Assembly: GCA_031386655.1 (NCBI GenBank)
Contig: JANNCO010000044.1
Location: 1 to 55,825 of the forward strand
Direction: 5' to 3'
Length of the DNA stretch: 55,825 nt
DNA from: Polaromonas sp.
Lineage (GTDB): Bacteria > Pseudomonadota > Gammaproteobacteria > Burkholderiales > Burkholderiaceae_C
Position numbers and translations under genes: made by a program. The notes beneath the pieces are model-generated. The model searched no databases and was not told where the DNA came from. It saw only the letters and a program-made list of their open reading frames with translations. Positions 9,996 through 18,383 of this stretch are shown here, piece by piece; position 1 is the first letter of the stretch; each line of letters opens with the position of its first letter.

Positions 9996-10051
9996 ATGAA
10001 CCTCATTATCAATGTCTGTGAATATACCTTGAGTCGGGGTAAGCTTAGGGC

Positions 10052-11887
10052 ATGGAACACACCTCTTGGCTGACTAACTCTCTGATCTACTTGACCGCAG
10101 CCGTGGTGGTGGTTCCACTGTCCAAAGCATTGGGCTTGGGGTCGATCATTGGATATTTAGCCGCAGGCATGGCAATTGGGCCCTGGGGCTTGGCGCTGGT
10201 GACCGATGTGCAGACCATTTTGCATTTCGCAGAATTTGGCGTGGTACTGATGCTGTTTCTGGTAGGGCTAGAGCTGGAGCCTAGTCGGCTGTGGAGCATG
10301 CGCAGGCCGATATTTGGTTGGGGTGGGTTGCAGGTGCTCAGCTGCACCGCTATTTTATTTATAGCTGCTCAAGCAGCATTTTATTGGGTTGAGGGCTCAG
10401 ATCATTCTTGGAAAGTGCTGTTGGTGGCGTCTTTGGGGCTGGCGCTGTCGTCAACTGCCATTGCGCTGCAGGTACTGGGTGAGCGTAACCAGCTAGCTAC
10501 GCCATCGGGTCAGTCGGCGTTTGCGGTGCTGCTGTTTCAGGACGTTGCGGCCATTCCCATCCTGGCGCTTTTGCCGTTGCTGGCAGTGCAGGCGGCGGGT
10601 GATGGTGGCAACGTGTGGTTGGAAGGTGCCAAGGCCATCGGTGCCATAGTGGGCATTATTTTGGGCGGCAGGTTGCTGATGCGCCCGCTGTTTCGCTGGA
10701 TAGCCCGCAGCAAAACACCCGAGATTTTTACCGCTGCGGCGCTGCTGCTGGTGGTGTCAATTGCGGCGTTGATGCAGTTTGTCGGGCTGTCGATGGCGCT
10801 GGGCGCTTTTCTAGCGGGTGTGCTGCTGGCCGAGAGCGAATACCGGCGCGAACTGGAAACCGATATCGAGCCGTTTAAAGGTCTGCTACTGGGGCTGTTC
10901 TTCATCGCAGTGGGCATGAGCATTGACTTTGGTGTGGTGCTTAAATCGCCATGGCTCATAGCGGGCACCGTGCTGGCATTTATGGCGCTGAAAGCTGTGG
11001 CCATCTACACCATCGCGCGCGCTATGAAGCTGCCTTACCAAGACCGGCCTGTCTTCACGCTGATGTTGGCGCAGGGCGGTGAGTTTGCTTTTGTGGTGTA
11101 CCAGCAGGCCGTAGGCTTGAAGATTTTTACACCCGAGGTGGGGTCGATGCTGTTGGGTGCAGTGGCGCTGTCTATGCTGCTGTCGCCTTTAGTTTTGGTA
11201 GCCATCGACAAGCTATTGCTGCCGCGCTACGCCCAATTGGGTGCCACCCAGATGGACGAGATCAGCGAGCAGCAGCGCTCGCCCATTATCGTGGCGGGTA
11301 TTGGCCGCTATGGGCAAATTATTTTGCGTATCTTGGCGGCTAACGGCTACAAGGCTACGGTGCTAGACCACGATGCCGAGCAAGTCGAAGGGCTGATGCG
11401 GTTTGGTTACCGTGCGTTTTATGGCGACGCAACGCGGCTGGATTTATTGCGCACCGCAGGCGCGACTACCGCCAAGGTGTTGATTGTGGCGATAGACAAC
11501 GTAGAGCAGTCGCTGGAGATAGTGGACATCTGCCAAGAGTATTTTCCACAACTGCAACTGGTCGTGCGCGCACGCAATGTGCAGCATTTCTACCAGCTGC
11601 GCGCTAAAGGCGTCACGTTGATCCAGCGCGAAACATTTGAATCATCGTTGCAGAGCGCCCAGGATGTGCTGAAAGTATTGGGCCACAGCGCTGAAGATGC
11701 GCATTTGTCTGCCCAGCGCTTTCGTGACCATAACTTAGCGCAGATCGAGCAAATGTGGCCCCACCACCAAGATGAAGAACGCTTGATCAGCATTGCACGT
11801 GCAGGCAGGCAGCAGCTGGATGAGCTGATGGCGCAGGAGCGCAATGTGACTTTGCTGCCAGATAAGGATACGCAGTCTTCGCGTTAA
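10052..11887 (+). CDS. Glutathione-regulated K+ efflux / CPA2 cation:proton antiporter (KefB/KefC type)
   Basis: 611 aa. N-terminal Na+/H+ exchanger domain (LHFAEFGVVLMLFLVGLEL, LLFQD) and C-terminal TrkA-N/KTN domain (IIVAGIGRYGQ). Confidence 0.9.
   Translation: MEHTSWLTNSLIYLTAAVVVVPLSKALGLGSIIGYLAAGMAIGPWGLALVTDVQTILHFAEFGVVLMLFLVGLELEPSRLWSMRRPIFGWGGLQVLSCTAILFIAAQAAFYWVEGSDHSWKVLLVASLGLALSSTAIALQVLGERNQLATPSGQSAFAVLLFQDVAAIPILALLPLLAVQAAGDGGNVWLEGAKAIGAIVGIILGGRLLMRPLFRWIARSKTPEIFTAAALLLVVSIAALMQFVGLSMALGAFLAGVLLAESEYRRELETDIEPFKGLLLGLFFIAVGMSIDFGVVLKSPWLIAGTVLAFMALKAVAIYTIARAMKLPYQDRPVFTLMLAQGGEFAFVVYQQAVGLKIFTPEVGSMLLGAVALSMLLSPLVLVAIDKLLLPRYAQLGATQMDEISEQQRSPIIVAGIGRYGQIILRILAANGYKATVLDHDAEQVEGLMRFGYRAFYGDATRLDLLRTAGATTAKVLIVAIDNVEQSLEIVDICQEYFPQLQLVVRARNVQHFYQLRAKGVTLIQRETFESSLQSAQDVLKVLGHSAEDAHLSAQRFRDHNLAQIEQMWPHHQDEERLISIARAGRQQLDELMAQERNVTLLPDKDTQSSR
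10358..10399 (+). repeat. Degenerate copy (F) of the dispersed repeat inside the kefB/C-type coding sequence
   Basis: TTTATAGCTGCTCAAGCAGCATTTTATTGGGTTGAGGGC aligns with copy E read as TTTAATAGCTGCTTGAGCAGGTTTTACTTGGGTTAGTGGCC. The central dinucleotide of the core palindrome is flipped (CA vs TG). Translated as FIAAQAAFYWVEGS. Confidence 0.5.
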
Positions 11888-11933
11888 CCTGGGGCACTGG
11901 GGGGACTTGCGGCTTAAGGCGGGGATTATTAGA

Positions 11934-12078
11934 CGCGAAGGGCGCGAAGATTTCGCGATGGACGCTAAAAAAGATAAAAAGGAAACCCAAATTTAATGCG
12001 CAAAGTTTGTTAGTTTTGTTTTAAATTTTTTGGTATTTTCTTTTTCGCGTCCTTCGCGAAATCTTCGCGCACTTCGCG
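11934..12078. repeat. Long-armed imperfect inverted repeat (about 45-bp arms, about 57-bp spacer); MITE-like element or bidirectional terminator
   Basis: Left arm CGCGAAGGGCGCGAAGATTTCGCGATGGACGCTAAAAAAG. The reverse complement of the right arm is CGCGAAGTGCGCGAAGATTTCGCGAAGGACGCGAAAAAG. Each arm also carries its own CGCGAA-GAT-TTCGCG mini-palindrome. Lies between the convergent kefB/C-type and MBL genes. Confidence 0.7.
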
Positions 12079-12113
12079 GCCTGTCTTCATCCCCCTGCAA
12101 CTCGCCCAGTGCA

Positions 12114-13118
12114 TTAATCCTGCAGCGCAGCCCACATGTCTTTGTCCCGCTCTGCCGTCCAAATGCGCGGATTTTTAATGCCTTTGGCTTCGTCGTAGGC
12201 ACGGCTTACGTCGAACGGCAAACAGTGTTCGTAGATAAACACATGGCCGAAGATGGGGTCCATGCTTTTGCGGGTGTGGGCCATGGAGGCTTTCAGGTCT
12301 AGGCCTAGTGCCGCAGCTTCTTTGCCGCATTGAAAAAGCGTTTGCACCCAGCGCTTGGTGTAGTCCAACGCTTTCTCCACATTGGCTGCGCCTTGCATGG
12401 CCTCGCCGCGCCCGGGCACGATGGCTTCGGCTTTGAGCGCGCGCAGGGCTTCTAGTGTGGCGGGCCATTCTGCTAGCTGCGCATCACCGGTGTACACGCC
12501 TGCTTCAAATTCCACCAAATCACCGCTGAACAGCACTTTTTCTTCCTCCACCCAGGCAATAGTGTCGCCGCGCGTGTGGCCTGCGCCGGGGTGCCAGATG
12601 TGCACTTTGACACCACCTAAATCGACAGTCAGTGAGCCTTGGCGACCGGGCTTGCCGTCACCCACCACCATCGTGGGCCACGTCAAGCCAGGGATGCTCT
12701 CGCGGCCCTGAAACAGGCGTGGAAAGCGCTCTATCTCGCTTTGCATGTCTTGCGCACCGCGCTCGACAATCAGCTCATAGGTGCCACGACTGGCGATCAC
12801 TTCGGTAGCGCCCTCGGCTGTATAGGCACTGGCACCTAGCACGCGCACGGCGTGGTAGTGGGTGAGCAGCACATATTTGATAGGTTTGCTGCTCACAGTC
12901 CGTATTTTGGCAATCAAATCGCGCGCCATGGCGGGCGTAGCCGTAGCGTCGCTCACCATGATGAATTTGTCGCCAATGATGACGCCAGAGTTGGGGTCAC
13001 CCTCGGCAGTGTAGGCCCAGCAGTGGCGGGACAGCTGTTTGAAAGTGATCTTTTTTTCTTCCAGGTCAGCTTGGGAGGCAAACGCTTTAATAGGGGCTTG
13101 GACGGGGGCATTGGACAT
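12114..13118 (-). CDS. MBL-fold metallo-hydrolase
   Basis: Beta-lactamase-fold motifs (LLTHYHAVRV, HPGAGHTRGD, GDLV). The first motif deviates from the canonical HxHxDH. ATG at 13118 is preferred; the ORF track starts at a TTG at 13139. Confidence 0.75.
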   Translation of the reverse strand: MSNAPVQAPIKAFASQADLEEKKITFKQLSRHCWAYTAEGDPNSGVIIGDKFIMVSDATATPAMARDLIAKIRTVSSKPIKYVLLTHYHAVRVLGASAYTAEGATEVIASRGTYELIVERGAQDMQSEIERFPRLFQGRESIPGLTWPTMVVGDGKPGRQGSLTVDLGGVKVHIWHPGAGHTRGDTIAWVEEEKVLFSGDLVEFEAGVYTGDAQLAEWPATLEALRALKAEAIVPGRGEAMQGAANVEKALDYTKRWVQTLFQCGKEAAALGLDLKASMAHTRKSMDPIFGHVFIYEHCLPFDVSRAYDEAKGIKNPRIWTAERDKDMWAALQD

Positions 13119-13345
13119 GGCGTACTTTCTGCGGTTCAATGAAATAAGAGTTTAGCAAATTCATTTAAACGTAATGTGTTGCGCATGGGTAAACGCTAGT
13201 CTCAATGTCACACACTATTTGATACGTTGGAAACTGCGCGATTTTTGAACTTTTGGGGCAACTTCAGACACAACCTTTCATTGCCTGCAAGTGTTCAACT
13301 GGTTTGCGGTGTCATCAAACAGGCTTTACACCACGTTATTTAATA

Positions 13346-13999
13346 ATGAAGAAAATACTCTACGGATTGATGGTAGCTGCCATAGTGCTACTGACGGGTT
13401 GCGCGTCTACGCTGCGCAGCGACGTCACCAGCTTTCAGCGCTGGCCCGCCAACGCGGCTAGTAGCACCTACAGCTTTAAACGCATGGGCAACCAAGAAGG
13501 CAGCCTAGAGCACAAGACGTACGAAGACTTGGCACGTGCTGAGATGAACAAACTGGGCCTCAAGGAAGCAGCCGCAGGCACCAAAGGCCGGTTTGACATT
13601 AGCCTGGACTATGGCGTAAACACCCGCACCCAGCGCAGCAGCGTGCCTGTGTATAACAACGCAGGCTATTGGTATCCAAGCTACTACCACCCCACCCTAG
13701 GCTGGCGCCCTGGCTACTGGGCTGCCGACCCTTGGGGGCCCCAAGTGGTGGGCTACCGTACCGTCAGCCGCGACGTGAGCACCCGCCGTCTGCGGGTAGA
13801 CATTGCCGAAGGTGTTAATAAAGTATTTGAGGCCTCAGCCACCAGCAGCGGCAGCAATGCCACGTTAACTGTCACCATGCCGTATTTAATTCGCAGCGTA
13901 TTTGACGGCTTTCCTGGTACGAACGGGCAAAGCCGTGCGGTAGAGTTTGATGTTGACAAGGATGCGGTAAAGAGCCGATCTGTAGCGCAACCTAATTAA
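13346..13999 (+). CDS. Lipoprotein, DUF4136-like
   Basis: Internal ATG gives MKKILYGLMVAAIVLLTGCAS, a signal peptide with lipobox. The size and mature region resemble DUF4136. Confidence 0.6.
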   Translation: MKKILYGLMVAAIVLLTGCASTLRSDVTSFQRWPANAASSTYSFKRMGNQEGSLEHKTYEDLARAEMNKLGLKEAAAGTKGRFDISLDYGVNTRTQRSSVPVYNNAGYWYPSYYHPTLGWRPGYWAADPWGPQVVGYRTVSRDVSTRRLRVDIAEGVNKVFEASATSSGSNATLTVTMPYLIRSVFDGFPGTNGQSRAVEFDVDKDAVKSRSVAQPN

Positions 14000-14013
14000 T
14001 CACAACATCACCG

Positions 14014-14065
14014 ATACTACAAATTTAATAGCTGCTTGAGCAGTTAATACCTGCCTTGCAGGCCT
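14014..14065 (+). repeat. Dispersed multi-hairpin repeat, copy C
   Basis: ATACTACAAATTTAATAGCTGCTTGAGCAGTTAATACCTGCCTTGCAGGCC, core at 14028-14043. Fills the 44-nt gap between convergent genes and supplies the last codons and stop (GLQGRY*) of the HAD gene. Confidence 0.8.
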
Positions 14066-14688
14066 ATTTCACTCAATAATTTAGCCCTCAATTCAGCCGG
14101 GTCTGGCAAATGCACACCGCGCCAGCCATGGTGGCGACTGGCATCCACATTGGCCTGCAAATCGTCTACAAACACGGTATGCGTCCCTACAAGTTCAAAC
14201 TGCTGCGAAGCTAAAGCATAGATAGCGGCATCAGGTTTGGTCAGCTTCACATCGCCCGAGAAAATGCCGTCGTTAAACCAGCTGATAAAACTGTGGCGCT
14301 GCTCCAGCACGCGTGCATACGGTTCGGGCATGTTAGATAGGTAGTACAGCTTGATCGGCTCGCCCGCATCGCGACGCGTGCGCAGCTCGTCCAGCAGGGC
14401 AATAGAAGTGTCGATGGGTTGCAGCCTGCGTGCAATGCCATCCACCATGGTGTGCAGCGCTTGCGCGTCTAGCCCGGTACGGGCATGGGTGCGTTGCACT
14501 ACCTCGGGTTGGCTGATCAAGCCACCATCGAAAGCGCGCCAGTCTGCGTGGCTAAACACGTCATGCGCCAGTGCTGCGGCTTGCACGTCTGTATTGGCAT
14601 GCTGCGGAAAAACCTGGCGCACTAGCACCCGTGGCTGCCAGGTAAACAGCACAGCGCCAAAGTCAAATACGATATTCAGAGTTTGCAT
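14044..14688 (-). CDS. HAD-superfamily hydrolase (subfamily IA phosphatase-like)
   Basis: Motif I at MQTLNIVFDFGAVL and motif IV VFVDD. ATG at 14688 avoids an overlap with pgi. Confidence 0.8.
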   Translation of the reverse strand: MQTLNIVFDFGAVLFTWQPRVLVRQVFPQHANTDVQAAALAHDVFSHADWRAFDGGLISQPEVVQRTHARTGLDAQALHTMVDGIARRLQPIDTSIALLDELRTRRDAGEPIKLYYLSNMPEPYARVLEQRHSFISWFNDGIFSGDVKLTKPDAAIYALASQQFELVGTHTVFVDDLQANVDASRHHGWRGVHLPDPAELRAKLLSEIGLQGRY

Positions 14689-14704
14689 TTTTGTAATGGT
14701 AAAT

Positions 14705-16273
14705 TCAGCGCAAGCGTTGCAGCAACGCTGCGGTAGAAGCATCCAGCCCCGCCAAGTCGCCCGAGGCTAAGCGCGCCTCGATGTCTTTGGCCAGCACCTT
14801 GCCCAGCTCCACACCAAACTGGTCAAAGCTGTTGATGCCCCATACAGCACCGCTGACAAACACGCGGTGCTCGTACAGAGCAATCAGCGCGCCGAAGCTG
14901 GCAGGGGTGAGCGTGTCTAAAATAAAAAAGCTGCTGGGTCGGTTGCCCGGAAAATCTTTATGGCCGCCTTCGTCAGATTTGCCTTGTAAAAATGCTTGGG
15001 CTTGCGCCAACGCATTAGCCAACAACAATTCGTGGTGTGTTTTTAAATGGTGGGTGGGTGTTTTGACTGTAATAAATTCCATGGGAATCACGTCAGTACC
15101 TTGGTGCAGCATTTGAAAGAATGCGTGCTGGCCATTGGTGCCCGGCTCGCCCCACACTATCGGCGAGGTAGCGTACGCCAAGGCCTTGCCGTTTTTGTCC
15201 ACCCGCTTGCCATTGCTCTCCATCTCCAGCTGCTGCAGGTAAGCAGGCAAGCGCTTTAGAAACGCATGGTAGGGTGCTACGCAGCGCGAGGTGTAACCAT
15301 GAAAATTACGGTACCACACGTCTAGCAAGCCCAGGCGCACTGGCAAGTTGTGCTCCAGCCGGGCCGTGGCAAAGTGCGCGTCCATATCGGCCGCGCCGCT
15401 TAAAAACTGCTTGAATCCTTCAGCGCCGATAGCGATCGCCAGTGGCAACCCAATGGCCGACCACAGGCTGTAACGCCCGCCCACCCAGTCCCAAAATCCA
15501 AAGGTGGTGGTGATGCCAAATGCGTTGGCCGCAGGCACGTTCGTCGTCAACGCGGCAAAGTGGCGCGCTGTGTCGGTGCCGCCTTGTGCCAAAAACCATG
15601 CCTTGGCGCTGGCGGCGTTGGCCATGGTCTCGATGGTGGTGAAGGTTTTAGACGCCACCAGGAACAGCGTGTTCTCATGCTTTAAACTTTGCAGCGTGGC
15701 AGCCAGCTCATGGCCGTCTACGTTGGACACAAAATGCACGCGCTGGCCGGTGGTGGCAAAGCCTTGCAGCGCCAGCACGGCCATCTGCGGGCCCAGGTCA
15801 GACCCGCCAATGCCGATGTTGACGATGTCGGTTATTTTTTTGTCCGCGCGCACGTGTTCTGCGTACGCAAGCATAGCGTGCAGTGTGCTGCGCACTGCAG
15901 CTATCTTGTCATAATTTACTATAGATTTAATAGCTGCTTGAGCAGGTTCTACGGCCTGCAAGGCAGTTTTTGATCTTAAAAGTGTGTGCAGAACAGCGCG
16001 ATTTTCCGTGGTGTTGACAGTATCACCGCGCAGCATGGCATCGCGCTGCGCCTCCAGCCCACATTCGCGCGCCAGTTGCATCAGCAGTGCTTGCGATGTG
16101 TCATCAATATGGTTTTTCGACAAGTCGGCAAAGATATGCGGCGCGCTTTGCGACAGCTTGGCAACGCGGGCAGCGTCGGCTTGCAGTGCCGTGCGTACAT
16201 CCAGCTGGGCACCGTGCGCTTGGTAATACGATTGCAGCTGCGACCAAGCAGCGGTTTGGTCACAACGCACCAT
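14705..16273 (-). CDS. pgi: Glucose-6-phosphate isomerase
   Basis: 522 aa with DIVNIGIGGSDLGP, GEPGTNGQHAFFQ and the C-terminal GVELGK. Confidence 0.95.
   Translation of the reverse strand: MVRCDQTAAWSQLQSYYQAHGAQLDVRTALQADAARVAKLSQSAPHIFADLSKNHIDDTSQALLMQLARECGLEAQRDAMLRGDTVNTTENRAVLHTLLRSKTALQAVEPAQAAIKSIVNYDKIAAVRSTLHAMLAYAEHVRADKKITDIVNIGIGGSDLGPQMAVLALQGFATTGQRVHFVSNVDGHELAATLQSLKHENTLFLVASKTFTTIETMANAASAKAWFLAQGGTDTARHFAALTTNVPAANAFGITTTFGFWDWVGGRYSLWSAIGLPLAIAIGAEGFKQFLSGAADMDAHFATARLEHNLPVRLGLLDVWYRNFHGYTSRCVAPYHAFLKRLPAYLQQLEMESNGKRVDKNGKALAYATSPIVWGEPGTNGQHAFFQMLHQGTDVIPMEFITVKTPTHHLKTHHELLLANALAQAQAFLQGKSDEGGHKDFPGNRPSSFFILDTLTPASFGALIALYEHRVFVSGAVWGINSFDQFGVELGKVLAKDIEARLASGDLAGLDASTAALLQRLR
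15916..15966 (+). repeat. Dispersed multi-hairpin repeat, copy D, in frame inside pgi
   Basis: TTACTATAGATTTAATAGCTGCTTGAGCAGGTTCTACGGCCTGCAAGGCAG, core at 15930-15946. It is 51 nt (17 codons), read on the minus strand as ALQAVEPAQAAIKSIVN. Confidence 0.75.
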
Positions 16274-16299
16274 GATTATTAGCTTTCTGAATAGTTTTT

Positions 16300-17247
16300 C
16301 TACGCTGCCAGCAGCAGCTGGTCTAGTTTGACCGCATCAGTGACAAAGCCGCGAATGCCCTCGGCCAACTTTTCAGTAGCCATCGCATCTTGGTTCAGTG
16401 CCAGGCGAAAAGCCGCTTCGTTGTAGCTGACTGCTGCAATGTCCATCGCTTGGGCAGCATCTGCCTTCAAGCTGGCTGCCAGCGGCGCATCGGTTGCGGC
16501 CAGCTGGGCCAATAGCTCAGGGCTGATAGTTAGCAGGTCGCAGCCTGCCAGTGCGGTGATTTGGCCCATGTTACGAAAGCTGGCACCCATCACCTCGGTG
16601 GCGATACCGTGGCGTTTGTAGTAGTTGTAAATTTGGGTGACAGATTTTACACCGGGGTCGTTGACCCCTGCCATAGCGGCTTCGTCCCACTCAGCGCCTT
16701 TTGATTTTTTGAACCAGTCGTAAATGCGGCCCACAAATGGGCTGATTAGCTGCACCTTGTCCGCACCGCAGGCCACGGCTTGGCAAAAGCCGAACAGCAG
16801 CGTAAGGTTGCAATGGATGCCTTGCTTTTCCAGCTCGGCTGCGGCTTGAATACCTTCCCAAGTAGAGGCCAGTTTGATCAAAATGCGCTCTTGTGGAATG
16901 CCCTCGGCGGCCGATAGTGCAATCAAACGCTGGGCGCGGGTGACATTGGCTGCAGTATCAAAGCTTAAGCGCGCGTCTACTTCCATTGACACGCGGCCAG
17001 GCACCACGTTGACAATCTCGCGGCCAAATCGCACCACCAGCCGGTCTAGTTGCTCGTCCAGCGGCTTGCTTTTGTGCGCTGCCACTGTGTCTTTCAGCAA
17101 CGGCGCGTATTCTGGCTTTTGTACTGCTTTTAAAATAAGCGATGGGTTGGTGGTGGCGTCTTGCGGTTTGAATTGGGCTAGCTGTTTAAAATCGCCAGAG
17201 TCGGCCACCACGGTAGTAAATTGTTTGAGTGCGTCAAGTTGGTTCAT
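16300..17247 (-). CDS. tal: Transaldolase
   Basis: [20 protein letters not shown]..., ATTNPSL and [11 protein letters not shown] (Schiff-base Lys). ATG at 17247 matches the TalB N-terminus. Confidence 0.95.
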   Translation of the reverse strand: MNQLDALKQFTTVVADSGDFKQLAQFKPQDATTNPSLILKAVQKPEYAPLLKDTVAAHKSKPLDEQLDRLVVRFGREIVNVVPGRVSMEVDARLSFDTAANVTRAQRLIALSAAEGIPQERILIKLASTWEGIQAAAELEKQGIHCNLTLLFGFCQAVACGADKVQLISPFVGRIYDWFKKSKGAEWDEAAMAGVNDPGVKSVTQIYNYYKRHGIATEVMGASFRNMGQITALAGCDLLTISPELLAQLAATDAPLAASLKADAAQAMDIAAVSYNEAAFRLALNQDAMATEKLAEGIRGFVTDAVKLDQLLLAA

Positions 17248-17281
17248 GCCGTCATTATCTAACGACTTTGTGCCTTGCAGG

Positions 17282-18352
17282 TTACAAAGCGGCAACCACT
17301 GACACGCCGTGGTCTGCCAAGCTTAACCCCACCTCTGCGCCCACCTGCAACACATGCACCAAATCAGACGACACGACAAAAATAGCACCTAGCTCAGTAT
17401 CAAAGGTGTATTCATAAAAACTGCCCAAATACGCCAGCTTGGCAAGCCGCGCTGTCATAACCGGGCCTTGAGCCTGTTCTTTAACGTGGTCTGCAGCATG
17501 GATATACCAAGCCTCGGGGCGCACAGCCACTTTCACGTTACCAGCAGCCACCGCTTGCTTGGGTTGAATTAGCAGAGGCCCCAGCTTGACATGCCCGTCA
17601 GTCAAGGAGATGCCAGGAAACAACATGGCTTCGCCCATAAAACCCGCCACAAATTCGCTGGCAGGATATTCGTACAAATCGCGGGGTGAGCCGCTTTGCG
17701 CGATCACGCCGTGGTCCATCACAATAATTTGATCGCTTACCGCCAGCGCCTCGCTTTGGTCGTGCGTAACGTAGGCCACCGTCAGCCCCAGCCGCTGCTG
17801 CAAGCTGCGAATCTCTTCGCGCATTTCGCGGCGCAAGCGTGCGTCCAGGTTGCTCAGCGGTTCATCAAACAACAACACTGCAGGCTCCAGCACCAGCGCA
17901 CGGGCCAACGCCACGCGTTGCTGCTGGCCACCGGATAGCTCGCTGGGCAAGCGGGAATCGTAGTTGACCAAGCCCACGTTTTTGAGCGCGTCTTGCGCAC
18001 GTTGCAGGGCCAGCGCCTTAGGCACCTTGCTCATTTTCAGGCCGTACATCACGTTGTCGATCACGTCCATATGCGGGAACAGCGCATAGCTTTGAAACAT
18101 CATGCTGACATTGCGCTGGGCAGGGCCCAGCGTGGTGACATCTTGTCCGTCGATGAAGATTTGGCCACTGGTGGGCGACTCTAGCCCCGCAATCATGCGC
18201 AAAGTGGTGGTTTTACCGCAGCCCGATGGGCCCAGAATGGTGGTGAGCGTGCCCTTGGCGGCTTCAAAGCTAATGCCTTTAACAGCCAGCGGGGCTGTTG
18301 CATCTGTGCCGTAACGCTTTGTGATATTTTTGAAAAAAATGCCTTGGTTCAT
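17282..18352 (-). CDS. ABC transporter ATP-binding protein (FbpC/AfuC/PotA type)
   Basis: Walker [10 protein letters not shown], signature [15 protein letters not shown], Walker B LLFDEPLS, and a C-terminal TOBE-like domain. Confidence 0.9.
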   Translation of the reverse strand: MNQGIFFKNITKRYGTDATAPLAVKGISFEAAKGTLTTILGPSGCGKTTTLRMIAGLESPTSGQIFIDGQDVTTLGPAQRNVSMMFQSYALFPHMDVIDNVMYGLKMSKVPKALALQRAQDALKNVGLVNYDSRLPSELSGGQQQRVALARALVLEPAVLLFDEPLSNLDARLRREMREEIRSLQQRLGLTVAYVTHDQSEALAVSDQIIVMDHGVIAQSGSPRDLYEYPASEFVAGFMGEAMLFPGISLTDGHVKLGPLLIQPKQAVAAGNVKVAVRPEAWYIHAADHVKEQAQGPVMTARLAKLAYLGSFYEYTFDTELGAIFVVSSDLVHVLQVGAEVGLSLADHGVSVVAAL

Positions 18353-18383
18353 GGTCGTATTGGTTTTAAAAAATAGCGTGGTG

